Positions 8,483 to 18,478 of a DNA stretch of 62,714 bases are shown here, one piece after another (positions within the stretch are counted from its first letter, which is position 1; the number at the start of each line of letters is the position of its first letter). The notes beneath the pieces are model-generated. The model was not told where the DNA came from, searched no databases, and was given only the letters and a program-made list of their open reading frames with translations. The stretch covers positions 1 to 62,714 of the forward strand of contig JAHBWD010000010.1 in NCBI GenBank assembly GCA_019637175.1, given 5' to 3'. The position numbers were made by a program, and so were the translations under genes. The DNA is from Labilithrix sp. (GTDB lineage Bacteria; Myxococcota_A; Polyangia; Polyangiales; Polyangiaceae).

Positions 8483-9835
8483 TCACTTCGCGGGTCGCAG
8501 CCGCCGGCGCTGCGCGGTGAGCCTCCCGATCGTCCCGATGACGATGGCGAGCGCGTTCATGTTGAGCGGCTTCGGGAGCTGGCGCGCGCGGAGCTCCTCG
8601 AGATCTCGCGCACACGACTCTTCCTCCACGAGCAGCAGGAGCTCCGCGCGCGAGCCGCCGGAGGCGCGTCGAAGCGGCTCGATCAGATCGACGCGGCTCG
8701 CAGGGACGCTGTCGTCGTCGATGATGGCGACGTCGGCCGGGTCGCGCGCGAACGAGGCGAGCAGCTCCGCGCCCGACTCGACCGACTCGATCTCGACGCC
8801 GTCGCCGGCCGCGCGGAGGGTGCGCTCGACGACGCGCGCGATCGCGCGGCGCTCCTCGCCGTCACGTTGCGCCAGGATCACGCGGACGCGCTCCGCGTTC
8901 GCCGCCCCGCGCCGAATGACGCCGGACTCCCTGGGTCGCAGCGCGTCTGCGGCCGCGTCGAGCGCGTGGAGGAACGCGTCGCAGGTCGCGTAGCGATCGG
9001 CCGGCGCCTTCGCCATCGCGCGCTGCAAGACGGCGTCGAGCGGCGCCAGATCGGGCACGAAAGACGAGAGCACCGGCGGCGCCTCGTCGACGTGCGCGCG
9101 AAGGACGGCGAGGGGATCCCTGTCCTCGAAGACCGACCGTCCGCTCAGGAGCTCGAACGTCGTGCACGCGAGCGCATAGATGTCGGCGCGCGGCGTGGTC
9201 TTCGTGCCCGAGCGGTCCGTCGCGACCTCGGGCGCCATGTACGCCGGCGTCCCGGCCACGCCGGAGAGCCGCGGGCTCGAGCGCGTGCGGCGCCGCGCGA
9301 GACCGAAGTCGATGAGGACCGGTCTCCCCGTCTTCGCCTCGATGACGATGTTCCCCGGCTTCACGTCACGATGAACGAGCTTCCGATCGTGCACGGCCTG
9401 GAGGCCGCGCCCGACGTGGCGAACGATCTCGAGCGCGCGGTCGGGCGCGACGGTGCTGCCGCGCGCGACCGCCTCTTCGATGATCGACGCGAGGTTGCGA
9501 CCTCTCACGTACTCCATGACGATGTAGTACGAGGACGCGCACACGCCGAAGGCATAGATCAGCACGACGTTGCGATGACGGATCTGCGCGAGCGCCCGCG
9601 CTTCCTTCTCGAACGCCTCGAGCGCGTCCGAGCTCGCGCGCGACGGATCGACGAGCTTGATCGCGACTTGCCGATCGAGCAGGAGGTCGTGCGCCGCATG
9701 GACGATCCCCATGCCGCCCTGCCCCAGCGACTCGCCGAGCCGGTAGCGTTCGTCGAAGAGCGGAGCCGGCGGCTCGAGGCCGCGCTCCCCGACCCCCTCG
9801 ATCACGACGTGTGGAAGCGACGCGGAGCAGCTCAT
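8483..9835 (-). CDS. Ser/Thr protein kinase fused to a C-terminal receiver (REC)-like domain
   Basis: Start ATG at 9835 (MSCSAS..., GGAGG-like box upstream). Kinase motifs GQGGMGIVHAA, AIK, HRDVKPGNIVI, DFGLA, GTPAYMAPE. C-terminal 130 aa with REC-like features (VAIIDDD...LLLLVEE...KPLNMNAL). ORF track extends to 10105 via an upstream alternative start. Confidence 0.8.
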   Translation of the reverse strand: MSCSASLPHVVIEGVGERGLEPPAPLFDERYRLGESLGQGGMGIVHAAHDLLLDRQVAIKLVDPSRASSDALEAFEKEARALAQIRHRNVVLIYAFGVCASSYYIVMEYVRGRNLASIIEEAVARGSTVAPDRALEIVRHVGRGLQAVHDRKLVHRDVKPGNIVIEAKTGRPVLIDFGLARRRTRSSPRLSGVAGTPAYMAPEVATDRSGTKTTPRADIYALACTTFELLSGRSVFEDRDPLAVLRAHVDEAPPVLSSFVPDLAPLDAVLQRAMAKAPADRYATCDAFLHALDAAADALRPRESGVIRRGAANAERVRVILAQRDGEERRAIARVVERTLRAAGDGVEIESVESGAELLASFARDPADVAIIDDDSVPASRVDLIEPLRRASGGSRAELLLLVEEESCARDLEELRARQLPKPLNMNALAIVIGTIGRLTAQRRRLRPAK

Positions 9836-10418
9836 CGCGAGGACCTCCTTGCGCGCCCCGAGCGCGCGAGGTCGAGCGTTGCAAGAGGCGCGACGCTCGG
9901 CGTCGCGCCGAGTCGCGCGTGCGCTCGACGACTTGCGGCGCCGATCGGCCGGCGCGGGGCGCGTGACGCGAGGCAGACTTTCACGAGCAGCGAACGCGCC
10001 ACAGACCTCTCCCGCCGGAACGGGCAGCTCCAGATGCGCACGCGGCGCGGGCGAGCGGCTCGATCGCGCGTGGCATCGTGCTTGCTGACCGCACGAGAGA
10101 AGCACGCATGGCGCTCTATCTCCTCGTCGGCCCGAGACGCAGCTCGCCGGCCCGCTCTCGTGCCGACCGCGACGTCACCCGCGAAGCCGCCACGCCGCTC
10201 GACGGAGAGGCCGCGATACCCGTCAGCGCCTGCCGGCGACATGTCGGCGTCAGCGCGGACGCGAAACCCACGCTGCGGCTCTGCCCCGAAGAGCAGAGGC
10301 GGCTCCTCGCGCTCGCGTTCGACGACGACCGTTCGCAGCGCGAAACGCTCAGGCTGACGCCGATTTAACGAGGTGTCGCGTCGGGCTCCCTTGAGCGCGA
10401 CGACGGGCTTGTCGTAGC

Positions 10419-13400
10419 GTGCGCTCGGTGAGCCAATCGCTAGGAGCAGTCATCCGGGGCGCCTTCGCTCGGCGTCCCCGCCGCGTGTGGGCCTCACTCT
10501 CCCTGTTCGTCCTGTTCGTCATCGGCGCGTGCGGCATCGACACGGCGCCCGACGGGCTCCGGAAGACGCCGCCGGGCAACGGGCCGATCGTGAAGTTCGA
10601 CGTGGCGCACCGGCCGCTGCCCGACGTGCCGCTGCCGAACGACGTCGCGACGTTCGCCGATCCCACGAGCCGGACGGGACGTCGCATCAACGTGAGCCTC
10701 GTCGCGCCCACGTACATGGAGCGGCGCGCGCGCGAAGACTTCACCTCGATGGAAGGCTGGGGCGTCTCGTCGCCCATCAGCGTGTCGTTCGAGCGCGCGC
10801 CCGGCGCCGATCCGCGCGAAGCCGCGATCGATCTCGACGACGTCGCCTCGCGCATGCAGGGCGACGAGCACGACCTCTCGAACGATCCGATCTACGTCGT
10901 GAACCTGAAGACGGGGCTCCCCGTGTTCCTCGACGTGGGCAACGGTCACTACCCGGTCACGCTCCGCGATCCGCATCGATACTTTCCGAACGATCCGAAG
11001 GTCGCGCAGAACAACCTCTCCTTCGAAACCGTCGAAGAGGGCGCGGGCCTCCCGCAGTCGGCGTACACGCCCGCGCTCGACACGGACTTCGACGGCGTGC
11101 TCGATCATCCCAACACGCTCGGAACGCGCGGCATCCCCGGCGTCGACGACGTGCTCACCTGGTACGAGCGAGAGAGCGACACGCTCATCGTCCGCCCCGT
11201 GCTGCCGCTCGAGGAGAAGACCGAGTACGCCGTGGTGCTGACCGATCGGCTGCGCGGCGGAAACCGCCAGCCGGTGCGCTCGCCGTTCGAAGCGATCCAT
11301 CACCCGGCGCAGCGTCAGGGCGTCGGCCGCCTCCTCGACATCCTGCGCGACAACCGTCTCGCGAACTATTACGGCGACATCGCGGGCACGGGCCTCGATC
11401 GCGTCGCGTTCGCGTGGACGTTCACCACGCAGCCGACGCACGAAGACATGCGTCTCCTGCGCGACGGGCTCTACGGCAAGGGCCCCTTCGCGCGGTTCAA
11501 GGATGCGTTCCCGCCGATCATGGAGGCGAGGAGGCTCGCCGGCCCGAAACCGCAGAACGAGGAGCAGCCCGCGGACTGGCGAGCGCAGCCGAGCTGCGCG
11601 GCGCGCGCGAGCACGCGGTCGCCCTACGTGATGAAGGTCAACGATCCCGACATCCGCGAGTCGTTCCGCACGCTCTTCGAGCAGGCGTTCAACCTCGATC
11701 CCGGCGATCTCGACGCGGTGTCGCGCGCCTTCGAGCACATCGATCACCTCGTCGTCGGCACCTTCAAGTCGCCTTATCTCATGGGCGATCCGGCCTCGCG
11801 CGATCCCGACACGCGCTTCCACCTCGACTTCAAGACCGGCCAAGGCGACGTGAGAACGGACGAGATCGGATGGTTCCTCGCCGTCCCGAAGGCGAAGGGA
11901 CCAATGAAGCCGCCCTTCCCCGTCGCGTTCTGGGGGCACGGCGTCACCGGCCACTCCGACGAGGTGCTCTTCTACGCCGGCGACTACGCGCGACAGGGCA
12001 TCGCGCTCTTCGGATACAACAACCCCGGTCACGGCTTCGTGTTCAGCGAGAGCGATCGCGCGCTCGCGTCGGGGCGGCTCTCGCTCAACTGTCTCGTGCC
12101 CTTCCTCGGCGCCTTCGAAGGAGGCCGCGCGCACGATCTGAACGGCGACGGCAAGCCCGACAGCGGCTGGTTCTGGTGGACGGCGCACATCTTCCACACG
12201 CGCGACAACGTCAGGCAAGGGATCCTCGACGGCATGCAGGCGGTGCGCATCCTCCGCACGTTCGACGGTCGCCAGGGCACGCAAGACTTCGACGGCGACG
12301 GCAAGAACGAGCTCGCGGGAGACTTCGACGCCGACGGCGTGCCCGACGTCGGCGGGCCCAACGTGCCGTACTTCGCCGCCGGCGAGTCGCTCGGCGGCAT
12401 CATGAGCGGCATCCAGGGAGGCATCGAGCCTTACATGATCGCGGCCGCGCCGATGTCCGGCGGCGGATCGCTCGCGCTCGACGTCGGCTTCCGCTCGTAC
12501 GGCGTGGTCGAGTCGGTGACGGGGCAGACGCTCGGTCCGATCGTCTTCGCCGTGCCCTCGGAGGAGCGACCCGACGAAGACGACGTCGATCGCATGGGCA
12601 CGCGGTGCGCGCCCGGTCATCGCACCGTGCGCCTCCACGTCAACGAAGGCATCAAGAACCACGAGCTCGAGATCGCGTGCCTGCCGCCGAACGAGCTCGC
12701 GGAGAAGATGACCGTCGTGGTCACGAACCTCGCGAACGGCGAGGTTCGCTGCGCGCGCACGGGAGGCGACGGCCGCTTCCGCGTGCCGATCCCCTCGAGC
12801 GCGAACGATCGGATCGACGTGCAGATCTACGGCGCGCCCGACGTCGTCGAGTCGTACGACGGTTGCAAGATCGTGGGCGAGCCGCCGATCGGACGCCGCA
12901 TCAACACGTTCGAGCAGGCCGCGCTGAAGCCGATCGACGTCGCGACGCCCGACACGAACGAGTGCACCGAAGCGGCGGGCTGCCAGCAGTGGCGCGACGT
13001 GTTCTATCCCGTCGGGTCGCCGCTCGTGATGCCGAACGAGGGCTTCGGCTTCCAGCGGCAGTCGCCGGCGTTTCGTCGCTTCCGCGATCTCGCGCAGGCC
13101 GCGTTCGATCCGGCCGATCCGGTCGTGTACGCGCCGTACTACATGCTGAAGCCGCTCTTCGACGAGAACGGCAACGCGGTGCCGCCGCACGCGCTGCTCA
13201 ACATCAACACCGTCGGCGACAACTTCGTGCAGGTCTCGGCCGGGCTCAGCTTCGCGCGCGCGGCGGGCGCCCTTCCGTTCCTCCCGCCGAGCGCGGCGCT
13301 TCGCTATCCGGAGTACGCCGACTACGCCACGCCGCAAGAGCTCTACGACCGCCTCGGCCGCAAGACGCCGATGCAGTTCTTGATCGACAAGGCCGTCGTC

Positions 13401-13919
13401 GAGGGCATCGCTCGGCTCGGCAGGACGAGCGCGGGCCCGGCGTGCGCGCCCAACTACGCGCCGAACGCGACGTTGTGCACGCGGACGGTGACGATCGATC
13501 CGCAGATCTGCAAGAACGCGCTCTACGACGCCGACTGGGTCAGCGAGGGCGGCCTGCCGTTCGATCAGCCGCACCCCGACACGCCGCTCCGCCTCGCGCG
13601 CCTCGCCAACGCGCGCGTGGGCGACGAGCGAACGCTCGCGAAGGCGTGGGAGCCACGCTTGCGCGGCGTGCCGTTCGCGCCCGACGAGACGGCGTGGTCG
13701 GCGACCGAGCGCGTCGTCGGTCTGCTGAACCACTACTTGACGCCGCAAGGGCAGCACACGTGGGACGTCGGCGACTCGTGCAGGAAGTGGGACTTCGCGA
13801 CGTACGGCAACGCGCTCACGGCGCGCTTCTTCGCGACCGAAGGACGCGACATCTACTACCTGAGCCACCCGCGCACGCACGGCTGCCTCGCGACCGGCAC
13901 GTGCGACTTCATGAAGTGA
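10419..13919 (+). CDS. large secreted lipoprotein, paralog 1 (alpha/beta-hydrolase-like with TSP3-type Ca-binding repeats)
   Basis: Lipoprotein signal ...LFVLFVIGAC. Oxyanion-type HG (FWGHGVTGHSDE). Nucleophile elbow GESLGG. Asp-rich Ca-binding repeats DLNGDGKPDSG and DFDGDGKNELAGDFDADGVPD. About 60% identical by eye to ORF 19988..23467 over the N-terminal 330 aa and conserved beyond. Confidence 0.85.
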   Translation: MRSVSQSLGAVIRGAFARRPRRVWASLSLFVLFVIGACGIDTAPDGLRKTPPGNGPIVKFDVAHRPLPDVPLPNDVATFADPTSRTGRRINVSLVAPTYMERRAREDFTSMEGWGVSSPISVSFERAPGADPREAAIDLDDVASRMQGDEHDLSNDPIYVVNLKTGLPVFLDVGNGHYPVTLRDPHRYFPNDPKVAQNNLSFETVEEGAGLPQSAYTPALDTDFDGVLDHPNTLGTRGIPGVDDVLTWYERESDTLIVRPVLPLEEKTEYAVVLTDRLRGGNRQPVRSPFEAIHHPAQRQGVGRLLDILRDNRLANYYGDIAGTGLDRVAFAWTFTTQPTHEDMRLLRDGLYGKGPFARFKDAFPPIMEARRLAGPKPQNEEQPADWRAQPSCAARASTRSPYVMKVNDPDIRESFRTLFEQAFNLDPGDLDAVSRAFEHIDHLVVGTFKSPYLMGDPASRDPDTRFHLDFKTGQGDVRTDEIGWFLAVPKAKGPMKPPFPVAFWGHGVTGHSDEVLFYAGDYARQGIALFGYNNPGHGFVFSESDRALASGRLSLNCLVPFLGAFEGGRAHDLNGDGKPDSGWFWWTAHIFHTRDNVRQGILDGMQAVRILRTFDGRQGTQDFDGDGKNELAGDFDADGVPDVGGPNVPYFAAGESLGGIMSGIQGGIEPYMIAAAPMSGGGSLALDVGFRSYGVVESVTGQTLGPIVFAVPSEERPDEDDVDRMGTRCAPGHRTVRLHVNEGIKNHELEIACLPPNELAEKMTVVVTNLANGEVRCARTGGDGRFRVPIPSSANDRIDVQIYGAPDVVESYDGCKIVGEPPIGRRINTFEQAALKPIDVATPDTNECTEAAGCQQWRDVFYPVGSPLVMPNEGFGFQRQSPAFRRFRDLAQAAFDPADPVVYAPYYMLKPLFDENGNAVPPHALLNINTVGDNFVQVSAGLSFARAAGALPFLPPSAALRYPEYADYATPQELYDRLGRKTPMQFLIDKAVVEGIARLGRTSAGPACAPNYAPNATLCTRTVTIDPQICKNALYDADWVSEGGLPFDQPHPDTPLRLARLANARVGDERTLAKAWEPRLRGVPFAPDETAWSATERVVGLLNHYLTPQGQHTWDVGDSCRKWDFATYGNALTARFFATEGRDIYYLSHPRTHGCLATGTCDFMK

Positions 13920-13940
13920 CGCGCTCGTTCGGCGCTCCAC

Positions 13941-14480
13941 TCATCGAAACGGCGCCTGACCGTTCGTCGGCGCCGCCAACACGCGAAGCCTCTCCTCGAG
14001 CGCGTCGCGCGCCGCGTCGAAATCGTCGGGCGCGGCGCCCGGCTCGAAGGTGAGCCGCACGAGCTCGCTCGTCACGCCGACGCTTCGCACCACGAGGAGG
14101 CGCTCGAGGATCTCGGCGAGCACGTGCTCCACCGGCTGCGTCGCGTCGTCGGGGTGCGTGAGGAGGACGGCGCTCTGCACGCCGAGCGTGACCCTCACGA
14201 CGAGCTCCGGCGGGCGCGGTGCGCTTCCGTCGAGGCCGGTCGAGAAGACGATCTCGCGGCCCGAGGCGCGCCCTTCGAAGCGCGCGCGCGCAGACGTCGG
14301 TGAGAGCCCCACGCGCTCCGCCCATTCGCGATACCGAAGCTCGAGCGCCGCCGGATCGACGCGGAGCTTCGGCCGCGGCCGGCGCGGCGTCTGCTTCTCC
14401 ACGCGCAGTCGCCCGCGCGCGGCGCGGAAGAGACCGGTCGCGAGGACATCGAGGACGCGCAAGCCGATCTCGACGATCAC
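13941..14480 (-). CDS. hypothetical protein
   Basis: 179-aa ORF with protein-like composition. 4-nt overlap with the upstream ORF 14477..15106 on the same strand. No family recognised. Confidence 0.4.
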   Translation of the reverse strand: MIVEIGLRVLDVLATGLFRAARGRLRVEKQTPRRPRPKLRVDPAALELRYREWAERVGLSPTSARARFEGRASGREIVFSTGLDGSAPRPPELVVRVTLGVQSAVLLTHPDDATQPVEHVLAEILERLLVVRSVGVTSELVRLTFEPGAAPDDFDAARDALEERLRVLAAPTNGQAPFR

Positions 14481-15106
14481 CCCTTCACCATCACGACATC
14501 CCGCGGGAGCACCTCGGGAATGCGCGGCCCTTCGCTTCGGACCGGATCGCGAACGAGCTCACTCGCGCCGTGGGGCGAGGAGCGCCCTGGAGCTCCCGAG
14601 GCGGGGGCTCTCGGCGGCGTCGAAGGCTGGGCCGGCTGCTCCGCGGGGAGCTCCACTTTCGTGCTCTCGAGCATCTCCTTGGCCACCACCTTCGCGGCCG
14701 CTTTCACGAGCCCCTTCGCGGCCGAATCGAGGCCGACCTGCGCGCTCGCGGCACGTGCTCCGGCGACGACGCCGCCCGCGGCTGCCGCGACGATCGCGTT
14801 GCCGAGGGGATCGTCCTGAAGCGGTGGATCCACGCGGCGCGTGCGAGACCACTCGCGGAGGCCGGGATCGTCCTTCGTCGACTGCGCCCAGACGGACGCG
14901 TCCGAAGACGCTGCCCGCGACCGCCCCCCTTCATCCGTCCCCGCCGAGAAGTACGCGTTGCGTCGCGTCTCCGCCTCGCGCTCCGCGGCTCGTTCGTTCG
15001 CGACGCGCGAGGCTTCGACGTCTTCCTTGCTGGGCGACGAGGCGCGTTCGTCGGCGCAGTAGTCACGAGGGCGTCGCGCGGTCACGTCGGTGCATCGGTC
15101 GGTCAT
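14477..15106 (-). CDS. hypothetical protein (Ala/Lys-rich, partly low complexity)
   Basis: 209-aa ORF downstream of the FGE-like gene on the same strand. Central AAAGGVVAGARAASA / KAAAKVVAK segment. No family recognised. Confidence 0.35.
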   Translation of the reverse strand: MTDRCTDVTARRPRDYCADERASSPSKEDVEASRVANERAAEREAETRRNAYFSAGTDEGGRSRAASSDASVWAQSTKDDPGLREWSRTRRVDPPLQDDPLGNAIVAAAAGGVVAGARAASAQVGLDSAAKGLVKAAAKVVAKEMLESTKVELPAEQPAQPSTPPRAPASGAPGRSSPHGASELVRDPVRSEGPRIPEVLPRDVVMVKG

Positions 15107-15154
15107 GAGCCCCCCGTCGGCCTCGCGAGAGGAAACGTTGCGTACTTTCGGCCG

Positions 15155-16060
15155 CTACGGTGAGCAGCAGCGGAACGAGAACTCGAAGAGCGTGCCCGAT
15201 CGGGTCGTCGTCTCGTACTTCGTGCACGCCATGTCGGGCTCGCCGTGGGTGAAGGAGCTGCCGGTGAGCTCGCAGGGGTGCTGCGCCGGGTCGCTGCCCG
15301 AAGAGTCGCACGCGTCGATCCACTCGTGCGCGTTGCCGCTCATGTCGAAGAGGCCGTCGAAGCCGCCCTGACAGGTCGGCACCGAGCCGACGCGCAACAG
15401 CCTGCCCGCGGACTTGTCGGCGCCGTTGCACGACTGCGGGTTGTAGAGGTTGCCGTAAGGATATTGCCGAGCGCCGCCGCGCGAGCAGGCGAACGTGTAC
15501 TCGCTCTTCCCCGGATCGAACGCGTCGGCCCGCGCGAGAGGGGTGCCCCCGATCCCGCGGCACATGCGCTTGCCCGCCCACGCGCAGAACGCGAACGCGT
15601 CGCACCAGTCGACGCCGACGACCGGCAAGTCTTTGTCTGCGGGGACGTAGGGCCACTCCTGATCGGGGACGAAGCTCGAGTTCCACTGACAGAGCGGCCC
15701 TTGCGTCGACGTGTTCGGGTTGCTCTCGAGGAACGCGAGGTATTGCTCGCGGGTGACCTCCGTCGAGTCGATGCAGAAGCTGACGGGACCGTTCGTGACC
15801 CGGAGCGGCGTCGGGCCGCCGAGGTGAGGACAGCCGCCGTCGGGGAGCGGCTCCTCGACGACGTCGATCGGGGCGTCGAACGGCGCGTCCGTGAACGCGC
15901 TCCCGTCGACGACGTCCGAGCCTCCGTCCGACGCGGCGCCGTCGGGCGGGGGACCGTCGCCCAGGCCGTCGAGATCGACGAAGAGGCGGCAGCCGGCGAA
16001 CGCGAACGCCGAGGCGAACAGCGCCCACGCGAGCCTCCTCGCGTCAGAAGCGAATCGCAA
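15155..16060 (-). CDS. formylglycine-generating-enzyme (FGE/SUMF1) domain lipoprotein
   Basis: Lipobox ALFASAFAFAGC. FGE-sulfatase domain signatures IDSTEVTREQYLAF, YRLPTEAEWE-like region and MSGNAHEWIDA (GN-x-EW motif). Many conserved Cys. Confidence 0.75.
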   Translation of the reverse strand: MRFASDARRLAWALFASAFAFAGCRLFVDLDGLGDGPPPDGAASDGGSDVVDGSAFTDAPFDAPIDVVEEPLPDGGCPHLGGPTPLRVTNGPVSFCIDSTEVTREQYLAFLESNPNTSTQGPLCQWNSSFVPDQEWPYVPADKDLPVVGVDWCDAFAFCAWAGKRMCRGIGGTPLARADAFDPGKSEYTFACSRGGARQYPYGNLYNPQSCNGADKSAGRLLRVGSVPTCQGGFDGLFDMSGNAHEWIDACDSSGSDPAQHPCELTGSSFTHGEPDMACTKYETTTRSGTLFEFSFRCCSP

Positions 16061-16901
16061 ACGATCCTCGAGTCCCCTGCCCGGCGCCCACGGCGACCGC
16101 CGAGGTCTTCGCGCGATCGACCGGCTTGAGCCAGAAATAGGTCGCGACCGCGAGCGAGACGATCCCGATGCCGAGCGCGACGTCCGAGAGCAGGAGCTTC
16201 GACTCGACGCTGCCGATCTGATCGTCGCTGCAGCGCGGCGAGCAGGTCGAGCGCAGATCGTCGGCGTCGCTGCGCGCGGAGAGGCCGAAGCCGACGGCGG
16301 CGCCGAGGCCGACCACGCCGAGGACCGTCAGGCCCAGCGGGAGCACGATCGACCGGCTCGGCGTCTCCGCGGGCGGCTCGACGACGACCGGCGCCGGCGA
16401 CGCGACGGCGGCCGCGGCGCGCTTCACGACGAGCGCGACGCTTCGGTTCTTCTCTCCGACCCGCGCGATGATCTGCTCCTCGGCGAACGTGCCGTCGGGG
16501 AGCTCGGCGCGAATCGCGTGCGGGCCGGGATCGACGGGGAGCGGGAAGCCGCTCGCGGCGTCGGCGCGCGCCGCGCCGTCGATCGAGACCTTCGCGTCGG
16601 TGTGATCGCGATCGTTCTCGTCGCGGACCGCGATGACGATCGTGGGGACGGCCTTCTCGACCTCGGCGAGCCACGGCACGCAGTCGTTGCGCGTCGCCGC
16701 GGGGCACGCCGCCTGCGCGCAGACGATCAGCGCCTCCTGGGCTGCGCGCAGCTTCGTCTCGCGACGCATGTATTGTGCACGTTCATAGGCCTCGGCGCAC
16801 TCCGCGCGCGAGACGTCGGCGTGCGCCGCGGCGGGCGCAGCCGCCACGCCGACGAGGATCGTCGCGACGAGGGCCACGTTGCGCCCGAGCGCTCTCGTCA
16901 C
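16044..16901 (-). CDS. secreted/membrane-anchored hypothetical protein (signal peptide, C-terminal TM)
   Basis: GTG at 16901 overlaps the kinase stop (GTGA coupling) and gives signal VTRALGRNVALVATILVGVAAAPAAAHA. C-terminal TM LGIGIVSLAVATYFWL. The ORF extends upstream to 17525 but that part overlaps the kinase gene. Confidence 0.55.
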   Translation of the reverse strand: MTRALGRNVALVATILVGVAAAPAAAHADVSRAECAEAYERAQYMRRETKLRAAQEALIVCAQAACPAATRNDCVPWLAEVEKAVPTIVIAVRDENDRDHTDAKVSIDGAARADAASGFPLPVDPGPHAIRAELPDGTFAEEQIIARVGEKNRSVALVVKRAAAAVASPAPVVVEPPAETPSRSIVLPLGLTVLGVVGLGAAVGFGLSARSDADDLRSTCSPRCSDDQIGSVESKLLLSDVALGIGIVSLAVATYFWLKPVDRAKTSAVAVGAGQGTRGSFAIRF

Positions 16902-18364
16902 AGGCACTCCGGCTTGAGGTGCCTGATCCCGTTGGCGTCGATCGTGTAAGGAGGTTTGCATTTGTCGGCCTTCGGCGGCGCCGGAGGCGCCGCCACGACG
17001 AGCTTCTTCGGCGCCGTGACGCTCACCGCAGGCGCGGCCGCGCTGGTCACGCTCGTCGCGCTGGCCGACGGGGCGGCCGACGGCGCGGCAGCGACCGTCG
17101 GTTCGCTCGTGCTCGCCGCCTCCGGGATCGGAGCCGGCGACGACGCGACCGGCGGCGGCGGGCTCGCGATGGCTGCGGCCGGCGGAGCCTGCTCGTTGTT
17201 CTTCGTGACCACGAAGCCGAGGACGCCGAGCATCACGAGGAGGCCGAGCCCCACGAGGAGCATCCGGCCGGACTTCGACTCGCGCCCCGGAATCGTCGCG
17301 GTCGCGTTGTAGCCCGCGCTCGACACGATCGGGTCCGGCTCGATCGGCTGGGGAAGCGTCGCCGCGCTCTGAAGCGCCGCGCGCAGCGTCGCCGACGACG
17401 CGAGCGCCTGATCGCTGAGCCGCTCGATCTCGGTCACGCGCGTCGCGCGCTGCGCGAGGCTCGCCGCGGCGAGCGCCTCGACGCACTCGCCGATCTGCGA
17501 CGACGGCGCGAGCGGGATGCCGCACCGCTCGAGCGCGACCGCCATCTCTCGCGCGGTCTGGAAGCGCTCCGCGGGATCGCGCGCGAGGCCCTTGCGCACG
17601 ACGGCGTCGAGCGCGGGCGGCAGCCCGTTGACGCGCTCGCTCGGCGTGGGCACGTCCAACGTGAGGACGTTCATCACGACCTTGGCCTCGCTCTCCGCGT
17701 CGAAGAGCCGCTCGCCCGTGATGAGCTCCCAGAGCACGACGGACGCCGCGTAGACGTCGCTGCGTCGATCAATCGCGTCACGGCGAAGCTGCTCCGGCGG
17801 CATGTACGAGAGCTTGCCCTTGAGCTGGCCCTCCTTCGTCGTCTGGGCGCGATGCGCGGCCTTGGCGACGCCGAAGTCGAGGACGCGCGCGACGCCGTCG
17901 ACGCCCACGAGAATGTTCTGCGGGGAGACGTCGCGGTGAACGATCTCGAGCGCCGTGCCCTGCTCGGTCGTCGCCTGGTGAGCGGCGTGGAGACCGTGGA
18001 GGACCGCCGTCATGATCGCGATCGACACCGGGAGGGGAAGCGTGCCCGGCTTCACCGCGCGCATCAGGCGCGAGAGCGCTTCACCCACGACGTATTCCAT
18101 GACCAGCAGAACGTCTTCGCTCTCGGTCACGACATCGAGCGTGGCGACGACGTTCGGATGGCGCACGCGCGACGCGAGTCGCGCCTCGTCGAGGAACATC
18201 GTGACGAAGTCGGGATCGCGCGCGAACTGCGGGTGCAACCGCTTGACCGCGACCGTACGAGAGAAGCCACCCTCCGAACGCAGGCGACCGAGATGCACCG
18301 CCGCCATGCCGCCGGCGGCGATCTCCTCGAACACCGAATAACGTCCAATGATTCTGGGTGACAA
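16898..18364 (-). CDS. Ser/Thr protein kinase with single TM and Ala/Pro-rich extracellular tail
   Basis: GGMAAVHLG, AVK, HRDVSPQNILV, DFGVAKA, SYMPPEQ. TM LLVGLGLLVMLGVLGFVV. C-terminal Ala/Pro/Ser-rich region ending in a Cys pair. Confidence 0.85.
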   Translation of the reverse strand: MSPRIIGRYSVFEEIAAGGMAAVHLGRLRSEGGFSRTVAVKRLHPQFARDPDFVTMFLDEARLASRVRHPNVVATLDVVTESEDVLLVMEYVVGEALSRLMRAVKPGTLPLPVSIAIMTAVLHGLHAAHQATTEQGTALEIVHRDVSPQNILVGVDGVARVLDFGVAKAAHRAQTTKEGQLKGKLSYMPPEQLRRDAIDRRSDVYAASVVLWELITGERLFDAESEAKVVMNVLTLDVPTPSERVNGLPPALDAVVRKGLARDPAERFQTAREMAVALERCGIPLAPSSQIGECVEALAAASLAQRATRVTEIERLSDQALASSATLRAALQSAATLPQPIEPDPIVSSAGYNATATIPGRESKSGRMLLVGLGLLVMLGVLGFVVTKNNEQAPPAAAIASPPPPVASSPAPIPEAASTSEPTVAAAPSAAPSASATSVTSAAAPAVSVTAPKKLVVAAPPAPPKADKCKPPYTIDANGIRHLKPECL

Positions 18365-18478
18365 GGCGTGGAGACCCTCATCGATTCTACCGGCCCTCTG
18401 CCGAGAAAAGACAGCGTGACGCGCGCGCTCGCTTCAATGGGGAGCGAGCGTGTAGGAGAGCGCTCCGACATGCCTACC

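Noticed and set aside
6595-8993. Long ORFs 6595..8154 (minus) and 6672..8993 (plus, 773 aa) overlapping the OMP gene
   Set aside because: Arg/Pro/Ala-rich translations without motifs. The 6709..8454 frame has a signal peptide, beta-strand periodicity and C-terminal Phe.
10487-14053. Alternative long ORFs (10487..14053 plus, 10494..13940 minus) overlapping lipoprotein 1
   Set aside because: Wrong-frame and antisense artefacts. Only the 10419..13919 frame shows the lipobox, HG/GxSxG motifs and paralog conservation.
16956-17312. 118-aa plus-strand ORF with an AAGGAGG box upstream
   Set aside because: Lies entirely inside, and antisense to, the well-supported minus-strand kinase and secreted-protein genes. 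Gly/Ala-rich low-complexity translation.
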